Source: Heterodontus francisci (lineage: Eukaryota). Taken from it: 64,000 bases of DNA. Below the pieces are notes generated by a model. The model did not search any database and was not told where the DNA came from. It saw nothing but the letters and a program-made list of their open reading frames with translations. The translations under genes were made by a program, and so were the position numbers. Positions 53,236 through 64,000 of the stretch are shown piece by piece. The stretch is from the NCBI RefSeq assembly GCF_036365525.1, contig NC_090378.1, forward strand, positions 117,661,593-117,725,592, read 5' to 3'. Numbering within the stretch: the first letter of the stretch is position 1; every line of letters begins with the position of its first letter.

Positions 53236-53892
53236 CTCTCACTTCCTCTTCTCTCTTTCTGTTTCCCTCACTACCTCCCTCCTTCTATTTCTCACCCCCT
53301 CTCTCTCTGCCTCTTTATCTCCTATCTCAATCCCTTTCCCTCTTTTGCCCTCTCCCTCTCACTCACTGTCTCTCTCTCCCCCACCCTCCTGAAATCTTTC
53401 TCACTCCCCTTCCCTCATTCTCCTTGTCTCTCTCTCCATATCTCTTTCTCTCTTTTTCTGCTTCTCCCCATCCCTACCTCTCACTCTTTGTCTCTCTGCC
53501 TGCTCTCTGTCCGCTCTCTCTCCCTCATTCTCTGTCTGTATCTCTCTCTGTCTGTGTCTTTGTCTTTCTGCCTACTCATCTCTCTCTCCCTCACTCTTTG
53601 CCTGTCTCCCCATCTTGTTCTTCCAATCTCACTCTCCCTATTTTGCTCTCTCCTCCTCTCCCTGTCTCCCTGTCTCTGTCTCTCTCCCTCCCTATCTCTC
53701 TATCTCTCTGTCCTTGTTCCTCTGCCTACTCATCTCTCTCCCACCCTCCATTGTTCTGTAATTCTGTAACTGATCTCTAAAACAGGAGTTATTACTGGAG
53801 ACTGGAACACTTTGAGGCCTGGTGCAGCAGTTAAATGTCTCCCTCTCTATCTCTCTCTGTCTCACAGCCTCCACCTCACTCTCTCTTTCCCA
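53236..53892. repeat. CT-rich polypyrimidine tract upstream of the V promoter
   Basis: Degenerate (CT)n with a short interruption at about 53750-53835. Confidence 0.85.
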
Positions 53893-54377
53893 CAGTCTCC
53901 CAGGTGGAGCACAGTTAAATGAAGGGTAAAACTCCCTCTGCTCTGCCCCACCAATGGATGTTAACCCTTGACACCAGAAACATGCCTTCTCCTGGAGTAA
54001 GGCCCCATTCCCCACAGTGACCATGCTTTGGCCTCTCTCAGTAAGACTGGCAGATTATTGTCAAATTTAGGGCAGTTCTGTGCTGTTGGTCTATTCTCAA
54101 TGGGACTGGTTTGGACAGAAAGCTCATTTCATGAAGGCCCAGCAGAGAGAGGAGATCCTCACCCCATCAGTGTGAGCTGGAGGGACAGGACAGAGTCTGA
54201 CCCACTGCCCCATCCTGTCAGCTCATAACATGTTCAAATCCCTTCCCGTCTCCATCCCCTTCCATGGTCAGGCTCCAGGTCATTGGAGTTTTACTGGGAT
54301 GAGGGGCGGACAATCAAACATTTACAACATGAAGGAGCTGTCCTCCACATCAACCATAGTGTCCATGTTCCATTGGT

Positions 54378-54666
54378 CCTCCAATAGGGACCAGTAAACA
54401 TGGGCCTCCTTCCCACTGGACCTCCAATAGGGACCAGTAAACATGGGCCTCCTTCCCACTGGGCATCCAATAGGGACCAGTAAACATGGGCCTCCTTCCC
54501 ACTGGGCATCCAATAGGGACCAGTAAACATGGGCCTCCTTCCCACTGGGCATCCAATAGGGACCAGTAAACATGGGCCTCCATCCCACTGGGCATCCAAT
54601 AGGGACCAGCAAACATGGGCCTCCATCCCACTGGGCCTCCAATAGGGACCAGTAAACATGGGCCTC
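54378..54666. repeat. 43-bp minisatellite, about 6.7 copies
   Basis: Unit CCAATAGGGACCAGTAAACATGGGCCTCCTTCCCACTGGGCAT starts at 54381, 54424, 54467, 54510, 54553, 54596 and 54639. Confidence 0.95.
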
Positions 54667-54739
54667 TGTTTTCCTCCATGGCCTCACTCCTCCCTACCTT
54701 TGCCTCCTGCTGCAGACTCACATTCCCTCTCTCACTCTT

Positions 54740-55017
54740 CCATCTTCTGACACTGCTTTCCTGCCCATCGCTGCTTCCTTCATCCCACCATTGACAGCAG
54801 GGTCTTCAGATGCCTCGGCCCTGCTCTCTGAACTCCCGCCATTAATCCCTCTCCCTCTCCAGGTCTCTCTCTGCTCCATCAAACTCTATCCTTTCACCCA
54901 AGCCTTTGATCACTCTTCCTAAAGACCCCTCACCACCTCCTCCGTTCCTCATACTGCAGCTCTGTGAAGCATCTTGTGACGTTTTGTATATTATAGGCGC
55001 TATATAAATTCAAGTTG
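54740..55017 (+). mobile_element. Degraded L2-type LINE/SINE 3' end
   Basis: Ends in CTGTGAAGCATCTTG...GGCGCTATATAAATTCAAGTTG, an L2-type 3' terminus; upstream sequence resembles the end of L2 ORF2. Confidence 0.55.
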
Positions 55018-55339
55018 GGTGTGGATTTCGGGTGGGGACAGAATTGGATACAGTGGTGATGGTCCCTGTAGTCAAATATCCTGTTGACAGGGTCCAGGCT
55101 TATAGACACAGAATGGGGAAGTGGGTGAGGTAGGAATGTGCTGTCGGGGCCCATGGAACTGTCACCCCAGCATGAAGTGTCGCTCAGGAGGGGAGAGGGA
55201 ATGTTCGGAGTCCTGAGCTCCATTTCCCACACCAGGCATTTTGTCTTCCAATGAATGAATGAGATGCCAATTTCGAGCCCAGGTTAGGGACAGTCTCGTA
55301 CTGTGGGCCCAGGTCTCGAAGAGGGAATTGGAGATATAC

Positions 55340-55452
55340 CTGAAAAGGAAAGATTTGCTGGGTTATAGGGCCAGAGAGGGGCAGTGGGACTAATTGGGTA
55401 GCTCACAGGCACGATGGGCTGAATGGCCTCCTTCTGTGCTGTAAAATTCTAG
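55340..55452 (+). mobile_element. CR1-type 3' tail fragment
   Basis: GATGGGCTGAATGGCCTCCTTCTGTGCTGTAAAATTCTA; the same tail type occurs at 57258-57300 and about 61760-61795. Confidence 0.6.
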
Positions 55453-55744
55453 ATAGTGTGTGCGGTTCACAGTTTTCTCCCGTGTCATTAACAAACGTCC
55501 AGCTGCTCCAAGCTCCTTCTTTCACTTCCTCTGTTGGTTAAGTTTCAATCTTCCGAACTGACAGTCTTTGCAGTTATTTTTTACATTGGGGATTTCTGCT
55601 GTGGTCTGAGTCTCTAATAATAACCGTCCAATCAGTGAAAATAACAGCAGCTGAGAGCAGTCAGCACTGAGGACCCAGTCTCACTGGGAAACACATTGGG
55701 AAGATCAAAGCTGATTGTTTAGTGAATTCTCTGAATACTCTTGA

Positions 55745-56270
55745 CTCCCCCACCAGAGGAAACAGTTTCTCTTGATCTCTCTGAATCATTTTAATCCTTT
55801 ATTCATCTTAAATACCTCAATGAGATCACCCCTAAATTCTCTGAACTCAAGGGAATACAAGCCTAGTCTATACAATCTGTCCTGATAATTTAACCCTTTC
55901 AGTCCCGGTATCATTCTGGTGAATCTGTGCTGCACCCCCTCCAAGGCCAATCTCTCCTTCCTGAGGTGCGGGGCCCAGAACTGAACACAGTTACTCCAGA
56001 TGCAGTTAAACCAGAGCTTTATTCAACTGGAGTAAAACCCCTTTGTATTCCAGTCCCCTTGATAGAAAGACCAACATTCCATTAGCCTTATTCAATATGT
56101 TTTGTACCTGTCACTAGATTTTAGTACTTTCTGTACTTGGACCCTTAAATCTCTCTGTTCCTCCACAGTTCTCAGCTTCTCACCATTTAGAAATTACTCT
56201 GATTTATCTTTCTCAGGTCCAAACTGGATGACCTCACACTGTCCACATTGAACTCCATCTGCCATTGTCT
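55745..56270 (-). mobile_element. CR1 LINE ORF2 fragment (C-terminal part)
   Basis: Minus-strand translation gives WQMEFNV (about 56240-56265) and CVQFWAPHLRKERLALEGVQHRFTRMIP (about 55905-55990). Confidence 0.85.
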
Positions 56271-56289
56271 TCGGTCCCCATCACAAACT

Positions 56290-56745
56290 CCATTCCCGAG
56301 CCACTGATTCCATCCCTCTCCCAGGGACTGTCTGAGACTGAACCAGGCAGTTCACAGCCATGGCATTGTAGTTGATGCTGAGATGTGTTACTGAACACAT
56401 AAACCACATCATCACGAAAACCACCTATTTCCACATTGCTAACATTACCAGTTTCTACCACACCTCAGCTCATCCACTGCTGAAACCCTCATCCATGCAT
56501 TTATTACCTCTAGACTTGAGTATTCCAATGCTCTCCTGACAGGTCTCACACATTCTACCCACTGTAAACTTGATCTCATCTAAAACTCTGCTGCCTGCGT
56601 TCGAACTCGCAGAAAGTCCTGTCCTGTTCCCCCATCACCTCGATGCTCATTGGACAACATTGTCTCCTGGTTCGGCAATGGCTCAGTTTTAAAATTCTCA
56701 TCCTTGTTATCAAATCCCTCCCTATCTCTGGAACCTCCTCCAAGC
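56290..56745 (+). mobile_element. L2-clade LINE ORF2 fragment between the two CR1 pieces
   Basis: Plus-strand AETLIHAFITSRLEYSNALLTGL at about 56478-56546, typical of the L2 RT C-terminal region. Confidence 0.75.
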
Positions 56746-57215
56746 TGCTGAACTTAGTGTCATCAGCAATCTTGGATAGATGTCTCTATTCCTTCATCCA
56801 AGTCATTGATCAATATAGTGAAAAGTTGAGGCTCCAGCACAGATCCCTGGGGACACCACGATTCACATCTTGCTAATTGGAGTAAATACACATTATCCCT
56901 ACTCTCTGTCTCCTACCTCCTAACCAATTCCTTACCCATGTCAAAACATTTCCTCACATTCCATATGCTTCCATTTTGCGAACAGTCTCTTGTGTGGAAC
57001 CTTCTCAAATGCCTTCTGGAAATCCATATAAATAACATCCATAGACATTCCCTTATCGACCACATTAGTGACCGCTTCAAAAAATACAACTCGGTTAGTT
57101 AAACATGTTTCACCCTTTTTAAATCCGTGCTGACTCTCTCTGATCAGTTTATATTTGTCAGTCATTCTGTCCCTAATAACAGATTCAAATAACTTCCCCA
57201 AAACAGATGTTAAAC
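56746..57215 (-). mobile_element. CR1 LINE reverse transcriptase fragment
   Basis: ORF 56941-57201 contains SQHGF..CLTN..DVIYMDFQKAFEKVPHKRL; PQGSV-like at about 56840-56855 and IADDTK at about 56755-56772. Confidence 0.9.
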
Positions 57216-57257
57216 TGAGATGTTAGTCGTGAATTACTCAAGCAAACAGCCGTCAGA

Positions 57258-57300
57258 GAGACGAGGGCTGAACGGCCTCCTCCTGTGCTGTAGAATTATA
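57258..57300 (+). mobile_element. Short CR1-type 3' tail remnant
   Basis: GAGGGCTGAACGGCCTCCTCCTGTGCTGTAGAATTA. Confidence 0.45.
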
Positions 57301-57821
57301 CTGCTTTTTGGCTGAAACATGTGGATTGGAACAGGAGGTGTGCTGGAGTTTAAACAATGAGTTAAATATGGAGGTAGTGTCATTAGTGGGTAATGCACAG
57401 TCTACATTGTGTCCAGGACCCTCTCTAAAAGATGTCTTTCTCTTTTTCCTTTTTCAGGTCCAGGGCTGTAATTAAGGAGCTGAAAGAATATTTAGTGAAG
57501 AAGTTTCCGGACTGTGCGGTGTGTGTGAAGGTGTTCGGCAGTGACTGATGATTACAGCTCCTTGTTCAGTCTGCTCCGCCCTCACCACTGATCAAGCCAT
57601 GTAACCTCCTGTCACACTGAGTGAAATTACAATCGATATCATAGTGTCAGTCACAGAAAACAACAGCATCACAGTCTGAGTCACTGGGACAGACATCACT
57701 GCCGCACATCAAAGAACAGACCCCTTATCCCCTCTCACCATGTTCATAAACCATACAGTAGAGAAAATATACTGACAAACACCACCTTATATTAAACACT
57801 CACACCCATAGAACACCATCA

Positions 57822-57900
57822 GAGGTAGAGGATGGGACAGAGATTGAGAGAGATAGATAGAAAGAGAGAGTGAGATGGAGAGAGAGAGAGAGAGATAGAC
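57822..57900. repeat. GA/GATA-rich microsatellite
   Basis: (GA)n and GATA runs. Confidence 0.8.
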
Positions 57901-57923
57901 TCTGTGTCAGCTCCTGTACATGT

Positions 57924-60900
57924 TTTTTCTTATTCATTCATGGGATGTGGGCATCACTGGCTAGGCCAGCATTTATTGTCCATCCCTAATTGCCCTTGAG
58001 AAGGTGATGGTGAGCTGCCTTCTTGAACCGCTGCAGTCCATTTGGGGTAGGTATACCCACAGTGCTGTTAAGAAGGGAGTTCCAGGATTTTGACCCAACG
58101 ACAGTGAAGAAATGGGAATATAGTTCCAAGTCAGGATGGTGTGTGACTTGGAGGGGAACTTGCAGGTGGTCGTGTTCCCATGCATCTGCTGCCCTTGTCC
58201 ATCTAGGTGGTAGATGTCACAGGTTTGGAAGGTGTTGCCTAAGGAGGCTTGGTGTCTTACTGCAGTGCATCTTGTAGATGGTACACACTGCTGCCATTGT
58301 AGGTCTCTTGTGGAGGGAGTGAATGTTTGTGGATGGGGTGCCAATCAAGCAGGCTGCTTTGTCCTGGATGGTATCGAGCTTCTTGAGTGTTGTTGGAGCT
58401 GTACCCATCCAGGCAAGTGGAGAGTATTCCATCACACTCCTGACTTGTGCCTTGTAGATGGTGGACAGGCTTTGGGGAGTCAGGAGGTGAGTTACCCGCC
58501 ACAGGATTCCTAGCCTCTGACCTGCTCTTGTAGCCACGGTATTTATATGGCTACTTCAGTTCAGTTTCTGGTCAATGGTAACCCCCAGGATATTGATTGT
58601 GGAGCATTCCGCGATTGTAATGCCATTGAATGTCAAGGGAAAATATTTAGATTCTTACTTGTTGGAGATGGTCAGTGCCTGGCACTTGTGTGGCGCGAAT
58701 GTTACTTGCCACTTATTAGCCCAAGCCTGGATATTGTCCAGGTCTTGCTGCATTTCTACACGGACTGCTTCAGTATCTGAGGAGTCACAAATGGTGCTGA
58801 ACATTGTGCAATCATCAGCGAACATCCCCACTTCTGACCTTATAATTGAAGGAAGCTCATTGATGAAGCAGCTGAAGATGGTTGGGCCCAGGACACTACC
58901 CTACAGAACTCCTGCAGTGTTGTCCTGGAGCTCAGATGATTGATCTCCAACAACCACAACCATCTTCCTTTGTGCTAGGTATGACTCCAGCCAGTGGAGG
59001 GTTTCCCCCTGATTCCCATTGACCTCAGTTTTGCTCGGGCTCTTTGATGCCATACTCTGTCAAATGCTGCCTTGATGTCAAGGGCGGTCACTCTCACCTC
59101 ACCTCTTGAGTTCAGCTCTTTTGTCCATGTTTGAACCAAGGCTGTAATGAGGTCAGGAGCTGAGTGGCCCTAGCGGAACCCAAACTGAGCGTCACTGAGC
59201 TGGTTATTGCTAAGCAGGTGCCGCTTGATGGCACTGTTGATGACACCTTCCATCACTTTACCGATGATTGCGAGTCGGCTGATGGGGCGGTAATTGGCCG
59301 GGTTGGATTTGTCCAGCTTTTTGTGTATAGGACATACCTGGGCAATTTTCCACATTGCAGGGTAGATGCCAGTGTTGTACCTGAACTGGAACAGCTTGGC
59401 TATGGGCGCAACAAGTTCTGGAGCACAGGCCTTCAGTATTGTTGTTGGAATGTTATCAGGGCCCATAGCTTTTGCAGTATCCAGTGCCTTCAGTTGTATC
59501 TTGATATCACGCGGAGTGAATCGCATTGGCTGCAGTCTGGCATCTGTGATGTTGGGGACTTCAGGAGGAGGCTGAGATGGATCATCTACTCAGGACTTTT
59601 GGCTGAAGATTGTTGCAAATGGTTCAGCCTTATCTTTTGCACTGATGTGCTGGGCTCCCCCATCATTGAGGTTGGGGATATTTGTGGAGCCTCCTCTTCC
59701 AGTTAGTTGTTTAATTGTCCACCACCATTCACGACTGGATGTGGCAGGACTGCAGAGCTTAGATCTGATCCGTTGGTTATGGGATTGCTTAGCTCTGTCT
59801 ATCGCATGCTGCTTACGCAGTTTGGCAGGCAAGTAGTCCTGTGTTGTAGCTCCACCGGGTTGGCACCTCATTTTGAGGTATGCCTGGTGCTTCTCCTGGC
59901 ATGCCCTCCTGCACTCTTCATTGAACCAGGGTTGATCCCCCGGCTTGATGGTAATGATAGAGTGGGGGATATGCCAGGCCATGAGGTTACAGATTGTGAT
60001 TGAGTACAATTCTGCTGCTGCTGATGGCCCATAGTGCCTCATGGATGCCCAGTTTTGAGTTGCTAGATCTGTTCAAAATTTATCCCATTTAGCACGGTGC
60101 TAGTGCTACACAACATGATGGAGGGTATCTTCAATACGAAGACGGGACTTCGTCTCCACATTGATTGTGCGGTGGTCACTCCGACCAATACTGTCATGGA
60201 CAGAAGCATCTGTGGCAGGCAGCTTGGTGAGGATGAGGTCAAGTATGTTTTACCCTATTATTGGTTCACTCACCACCTACTGCAGACAGTCTTGCAGCTA
60301 TGTCATTTAGGACTTGGCCAGCTCAGTCAGTAGTGGTGCTACCGAGCTACTCTTGGTGATGGACATTGAAGACTCCCACCCAGAGTATATTCTGTGCCCT
60401 TGCCAGCTTCAGTGTTTCCTCCAAGTGCTGTTCAACATGGAGGAGTACTGCTTCATCAGCTGAGGGGGGCAGTAGGTGTTAATCAGCAGGAGGTTTCTTT
60501 GCCCATGTTTAACCTGATGCCATGAGACTTCATGGGGTCTGGAGTCACAGTTGAGGACACCCTCCCAACTGTATACCACTGTGCTGTCCCCTCTGCTGGT
60601 TCTGTCCTGCCGGTGGGACAGGACATAGGCGGGGATGGGGATGGTGATGGCAGTATCCGGGGCATTGTCTGCAAGGTATGATTACGTGAGTATATCTATG
60701 TCAGGCTGTTGCTTGACTAGTCTGTGGGACAGCTCTCCCAATTTTGGCACAATCCCTAGGTGTTAGGAAGGAGGGCTTTGCAGGGTTGACAGGACTGGAT
60801 TTGTCGTTGTCATTTCTGGTGCCCAGGTCAATGATGTGTGGTCCGTCCAGTTTCATTCCTTATTGACTTTGTAGCAACTAGATGCAACTGAGTGGCTTGC

Positions 60901-61180
60901 TAGGCCATCTCAGAAGGCATTAAGTATAAAACGCATTGGGACTGGAATCACATATAGGCCAGACCAAGTATGGATGGCAGATTTCCTTCCCTAAAGGGCA
61001 TTAGAGAACCAGATGGGCTTTTACAACAATCGGCAATGGTTTCATAGCCATCATTAATTCCAGATTTATTAACTGAATGCAAGTTTCACCTTCTGCACTG
61101 ATGGGATTTGAACCCATCTCCCCAGAGTAATACCCTGGGTCGCTCATCCAGTGACAATACCACTACACCACCACCTCCCC
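57924..61180 (-). mobile_element. 3.26-kb CR1-group non-LTR retroelement (decayed EN+RT ORF2) with tRNA-derived 5' head, A-rich tail and 6-bp TSD
   Basis: APE start GLVPKLGELSHRLVKQQPDI near 60760; KPGDQPWFN (59590-60042); KAMGPDNIP..NYRPIS..QFGFR (59170-59526); GMFADD at about 58811-58828; IYKAQVRSVMEY (58217-58537). AATAAA and an A-rich tail at the left end; ACATGT at 57918-57923 and 61181-61186. Stops and frameshifts are present. Confidence 0.9.
60885..61180 (-). mobile_element. tRNA-derived SINE-like head and body (Pol III A and B boxes; Deu-SINE-like)
   Basis: Box A TGGTGTAGTGG (61170-61160) and box B GGTTCAAATCC (61114-61104), followed by CCCATCTGGTTCTCTAATGCCCTTTAGGGAAGGAAATCTGCC, which resembles the Deu-SINE core as I recall it (not searched). 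Confidence 0.7.
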
Positions 61181-61186
61181 ACATGT

Positions 61187-61795
61187 AAGAGTGAAGAAGT
61201 CTTATTGCAGTTCGATCGGACCTTGCTGAGACCACACCTGGTGAACTGTGGACAGTTTTGGTCTCTTTACCTAAGGAAGGATATACTGGCCTTGGAAGGA
61301 GTGCAGCAAAGATTCACCAGACTGATTCCTGGGATGAGGGGATTGTCCTATGAGGAGAGATTGAGTAGACTGGGACATTATTCCCTGAAATGTAGAAGAA
61401 TGAGAGGTGATCTGATTGAAAGATATACAATTTGTAATGTGATTGACAGGGTAGATACTGGGAGGATGTTTTCGCCTGGCTGGGGAATCTAGAACTAGGG
61501 GTCCCAGTCTCAGAATAAGGGGTCGGCCATTTCGGACTGAGATAAGGAGAAATTTCTTCACTCAAGATGTTGTGAATCTTTGGAATCTTTGGAATTCTGT
61601 ATCCCAGAGAGCTGTGGATGCTCAGTCCTTGAGTATATTGAAGACAGGGGTCCATACATTTTTGGTTACAACAGAAATTAAGGAATAGGGGATAGTACGG
61701 GAAGGTGGAATTGAGTGAGAAGACCAGCCATGATCATATTGAATGGTGGAGTAGATTCAAAGGGCCGAATGGCCTCCCCTGCTCCTATTTCTGAT
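61187..61795 (+). mobile_element. 5'-truncated CR1 LINE (ORF2 C-terminus plus 3' UTR)
   Basis: KSEEVLLQ..LLRPHLVNCGQFWSLYLRKDILALEGVQQRFTRLIPGMRGLSYEERL..RRMRGDLIE; ends GGGCCGAATGGCCTCCCCTGCTCCTATTTC. Confidence 0.9.
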
Positions 61796-62016
61796 GTGAT
61801 TATAATTGTGTCAGTATGTGTTAATAATAAATGGGTTTCCTCTATTTTAACTGGTCATTATTTAATGATTGAGCTGTTACCCAGGATAAGCTGCAGAAGG
61901 TCCAGTTTCTAACCCGAAACTCACCACTCGGGCTCTTGGTCAACATGAACTGGTTACTGTCCCGCCCTCCCTGACTAGTCTCTGAGTTGCTGTATTTAAA
62001 ATGTACATTTTCCTTT

Positions 62017-63085
62017 AATCCATCCAGTGCAGTCTCCAGCCAGGGCTCCATTCATCCAGTGCAGTCTCCAGCCAGGGCTCCGTTCATCCAGTGCAGTCTC
62101 CAACCAAGGCTCCATTCATCCAGTGCATTCTCCAGCCAGGGCTCCATTCATCCAGTGCAGTCTCCAGCCAGGGCTCCATTCATCCAGTGCAGTCTCCAGC
62201 CAGGGCTCCATTCATCCAATGCAGTCTCCAGCCAGGGCTCCATTCATCCAGTGCAGTCTCCAGCCAGGGCTCCATTCATCCAATGCAGTCTCCAGCCAGG
62301 GCTCCATTCATCCAGTGCAGTCTCCAGTCAGGGGTCCATTCATCCAATGCAGTCTCCAGCCAGGGCTCCATTCATCCAGTGCAGTCTCCAGCCAGGCCTC
62401 CATTCATCCAATGCAGTCTCCAGCCAGGGCTCCATTCATCCAGTGCAGTCTCCAGCCAGGGCTCCATTCATCCAGTGCAGTCTCCAGTCAGGGCTCCATT
62501 CATCCAGTGCAGTCTCCAGGCCAGGGCTCCATTCATCCAGTGCAGTCTCCAGCCAAGGCTCCATTCATCCAGTGCAGTCTCCAGCCAGGGTTCCATTCAT
62601 CCAGTGCAGTCTCCAGCCAAGGCTCCATTCATCCACTGCAGTCTGCAGCCAGGGCTCCATTCAACAACTGCAGTCTCCAGCCAGGGCTCCATTCATCCAG
62701 TGCCGTCTCCAGCCAGGGCTCCATTCATCCAGTGCAGTCTCTAGCCAGGGCTCCATTCATCCAGTGCAGTCTCCAGCCAGGGTTCCATTCATCCAGTGCA
62801 GTCTCCAGCCAAGGCTCCATTCATCCACTGCAGTCTGCAGCCAGGGCTCCATTCATCCACTGCAGTCTCCAGCCAGGGCTCCATTCATCCAGTGCCGTCT
62901 CCAGCCAGGGCTCCATTCATCCAGTGCAGTCTCTAGCCAGGGCTCCATTCATCCAGTGCAGTCTCCAGCCAGGGCTCCATTCATCCAGTGCAGTCTCCAG
63001 CCAGGGCTCCATTCATCCAGTGCAGGCTCCAGCCAGGGCTCCGTCCATCCAGTGCCGTCTCCAGCCAAGGCTCCATTCATCCATC
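62017..63085. repeat. 32-bp minisatellite, about 33 copies
   Basis: Unit CATCCAGTGCAGTCTCCAGCCAGGGCTCCATT. Confidence 0.97.
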
Positions 63086-63213
63086 ACATCAGTAAAACGT
63101 ACAAGGTGAAAACCATCGAACTGTAATAGTGGAGACTGTCGTCAGGATGGGGGAGCAGGGAGCTGCATGGATTGGTGGAGGGACATCCTCTTTCCTCTCA
63201 GATACACACCTCC

Positions 63214-63726
63214 CTGAGCTCCATCCCTCCCTCCATCCGAGCTCCATCCCTCCCTCTATCTGATCTCCATCCCTCCATCTATCTGAGCTCCATCCCTCCC
63301 TCTATCTGAGCTCCATCCCTCCCTCTGTCTGAGCTCCATCCCTCACTCTATCTGAGCTTCATCCCTCCCTGTGTCCGAGCTCCATCCCTCCCTCTGTCTG
63401 AGCTCCATCCCTCCCTCTATCTGAGCTCCATCCCTCCCTCCATCTGAGCTCCATCCCTCCCTCTATCTGATCTCCATCCCTCCATCTATCTGAGCTCCAT
63501 CCCTCCCTCTATCTGAGCTCCATCCCTCCCTCTGTCTGAGCTCCATCCCTCCCTCTGTCTGAGCTCCATCCCTCCCTCTATCTGAGCTTCATCCCTCCCT
63601 GTGTCTGAGCTCCATCCCTCCCTCTGTCTGAGCTCCATCCCTCCCTCTATCTGAGCTTCATCCCTCCCTGTGTCTGAGCTCCATCCCTCCCTCTGTCTGA
63701 GCTCCATCCCTCCCTCTATTTGAGCT
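63214..63726. repeat. 23-bp minisatellite, about 22 copies
   Basis: Unit CTGAGCTCCATCCCTCCCTCT(A/G)T. Confidence 0.95.
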
Positions 63727-64000
63727 GCTGGGAGTCAGACCTGAGTTTGTTACATTTAATACCATTCAGAATAATGTCTGCATATTTTAAGTGTAAGTTT
63801 GATGAAATAAATTTGAACAGCACCAAAAACATTACAAATGGCTACTACATTTGGCAAAGTAGAAACCACAGCATTGTGTCAATGAGCATAGAACTAATGA
63901 AAGGGAGAATAAAAACTTTATGAATATGATTATCAGAAATGTGTCATTATTATATTTAAAAAGGTCTCCTTGTCAGTAAAGATATATCCTGTTGAGTAAT

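Noticed and set aside
57434-57460. Strong plus-strand splice acceptor (polypyrimidine tract plus CAG)
   Set aside because: No downstream ORF or partner exon could be identified, so it is unsupported without transcript data.
61100-61180. tRNA gene
   Set aside because: A and B boxes are present, but no cloverleaf is evident and the sequence continues into a SINE body, so it is a retroposon head.
61987-63126. 379-, 360- and 217-aa ORFs
   Set aside because: A stop-free 32-bp minisatellite is open in all three frames; there is no coding evidence.

Overview
Vertebrate genomic DNA, most likely from a cartilaginous fish (shark). This is inferred from the Ig light-chain leader/V/J sequence, the single V-J cluster layout and the retroposon content. 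The window holds an unrearranged, apparently intact kappa-type (shark type III/NS4-like) light-chain V-J pair on the minus strand. The V gene has an octamer-variant and TATA promoter (53151-53205), leader exon (53043-53091), V exon (52556-52856) and a perfect 12-bp-spacer RSS (52528-52555). A single J segment (1063-1097, FTFGKGTKLRL) carries a 23-bp-spacer RSS (1098-1136). No C exon is in the window; it would lie left of base 1. The V-J interval is about 51.5 kb, of which about 48.4 kb (4073-52522) is a tandem array of roughly 790 copies of a 61-bp unit ending 5 bp from the V nonamer. Each unit contains an RSS-shaped motif (minus strand CACAGTT - exactly 23 bp - ACACAGTCC), and its CAC triplets all lie on one strand, convergent with the J RSS. 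The array shows multi-kb higher-order duplications. Upstream of V are CR1 and L2 LINE fragments, three minisatellites, and a 3.26-kb TSD-flanked element in which a tRNA-derived Pol III head is fused directly to a LINE ORF2. A 178-N gap between J and the array means V-J linkage depends on scaffolding. All ORFs inside the array and CT-rich tracts are repeat artefacts.
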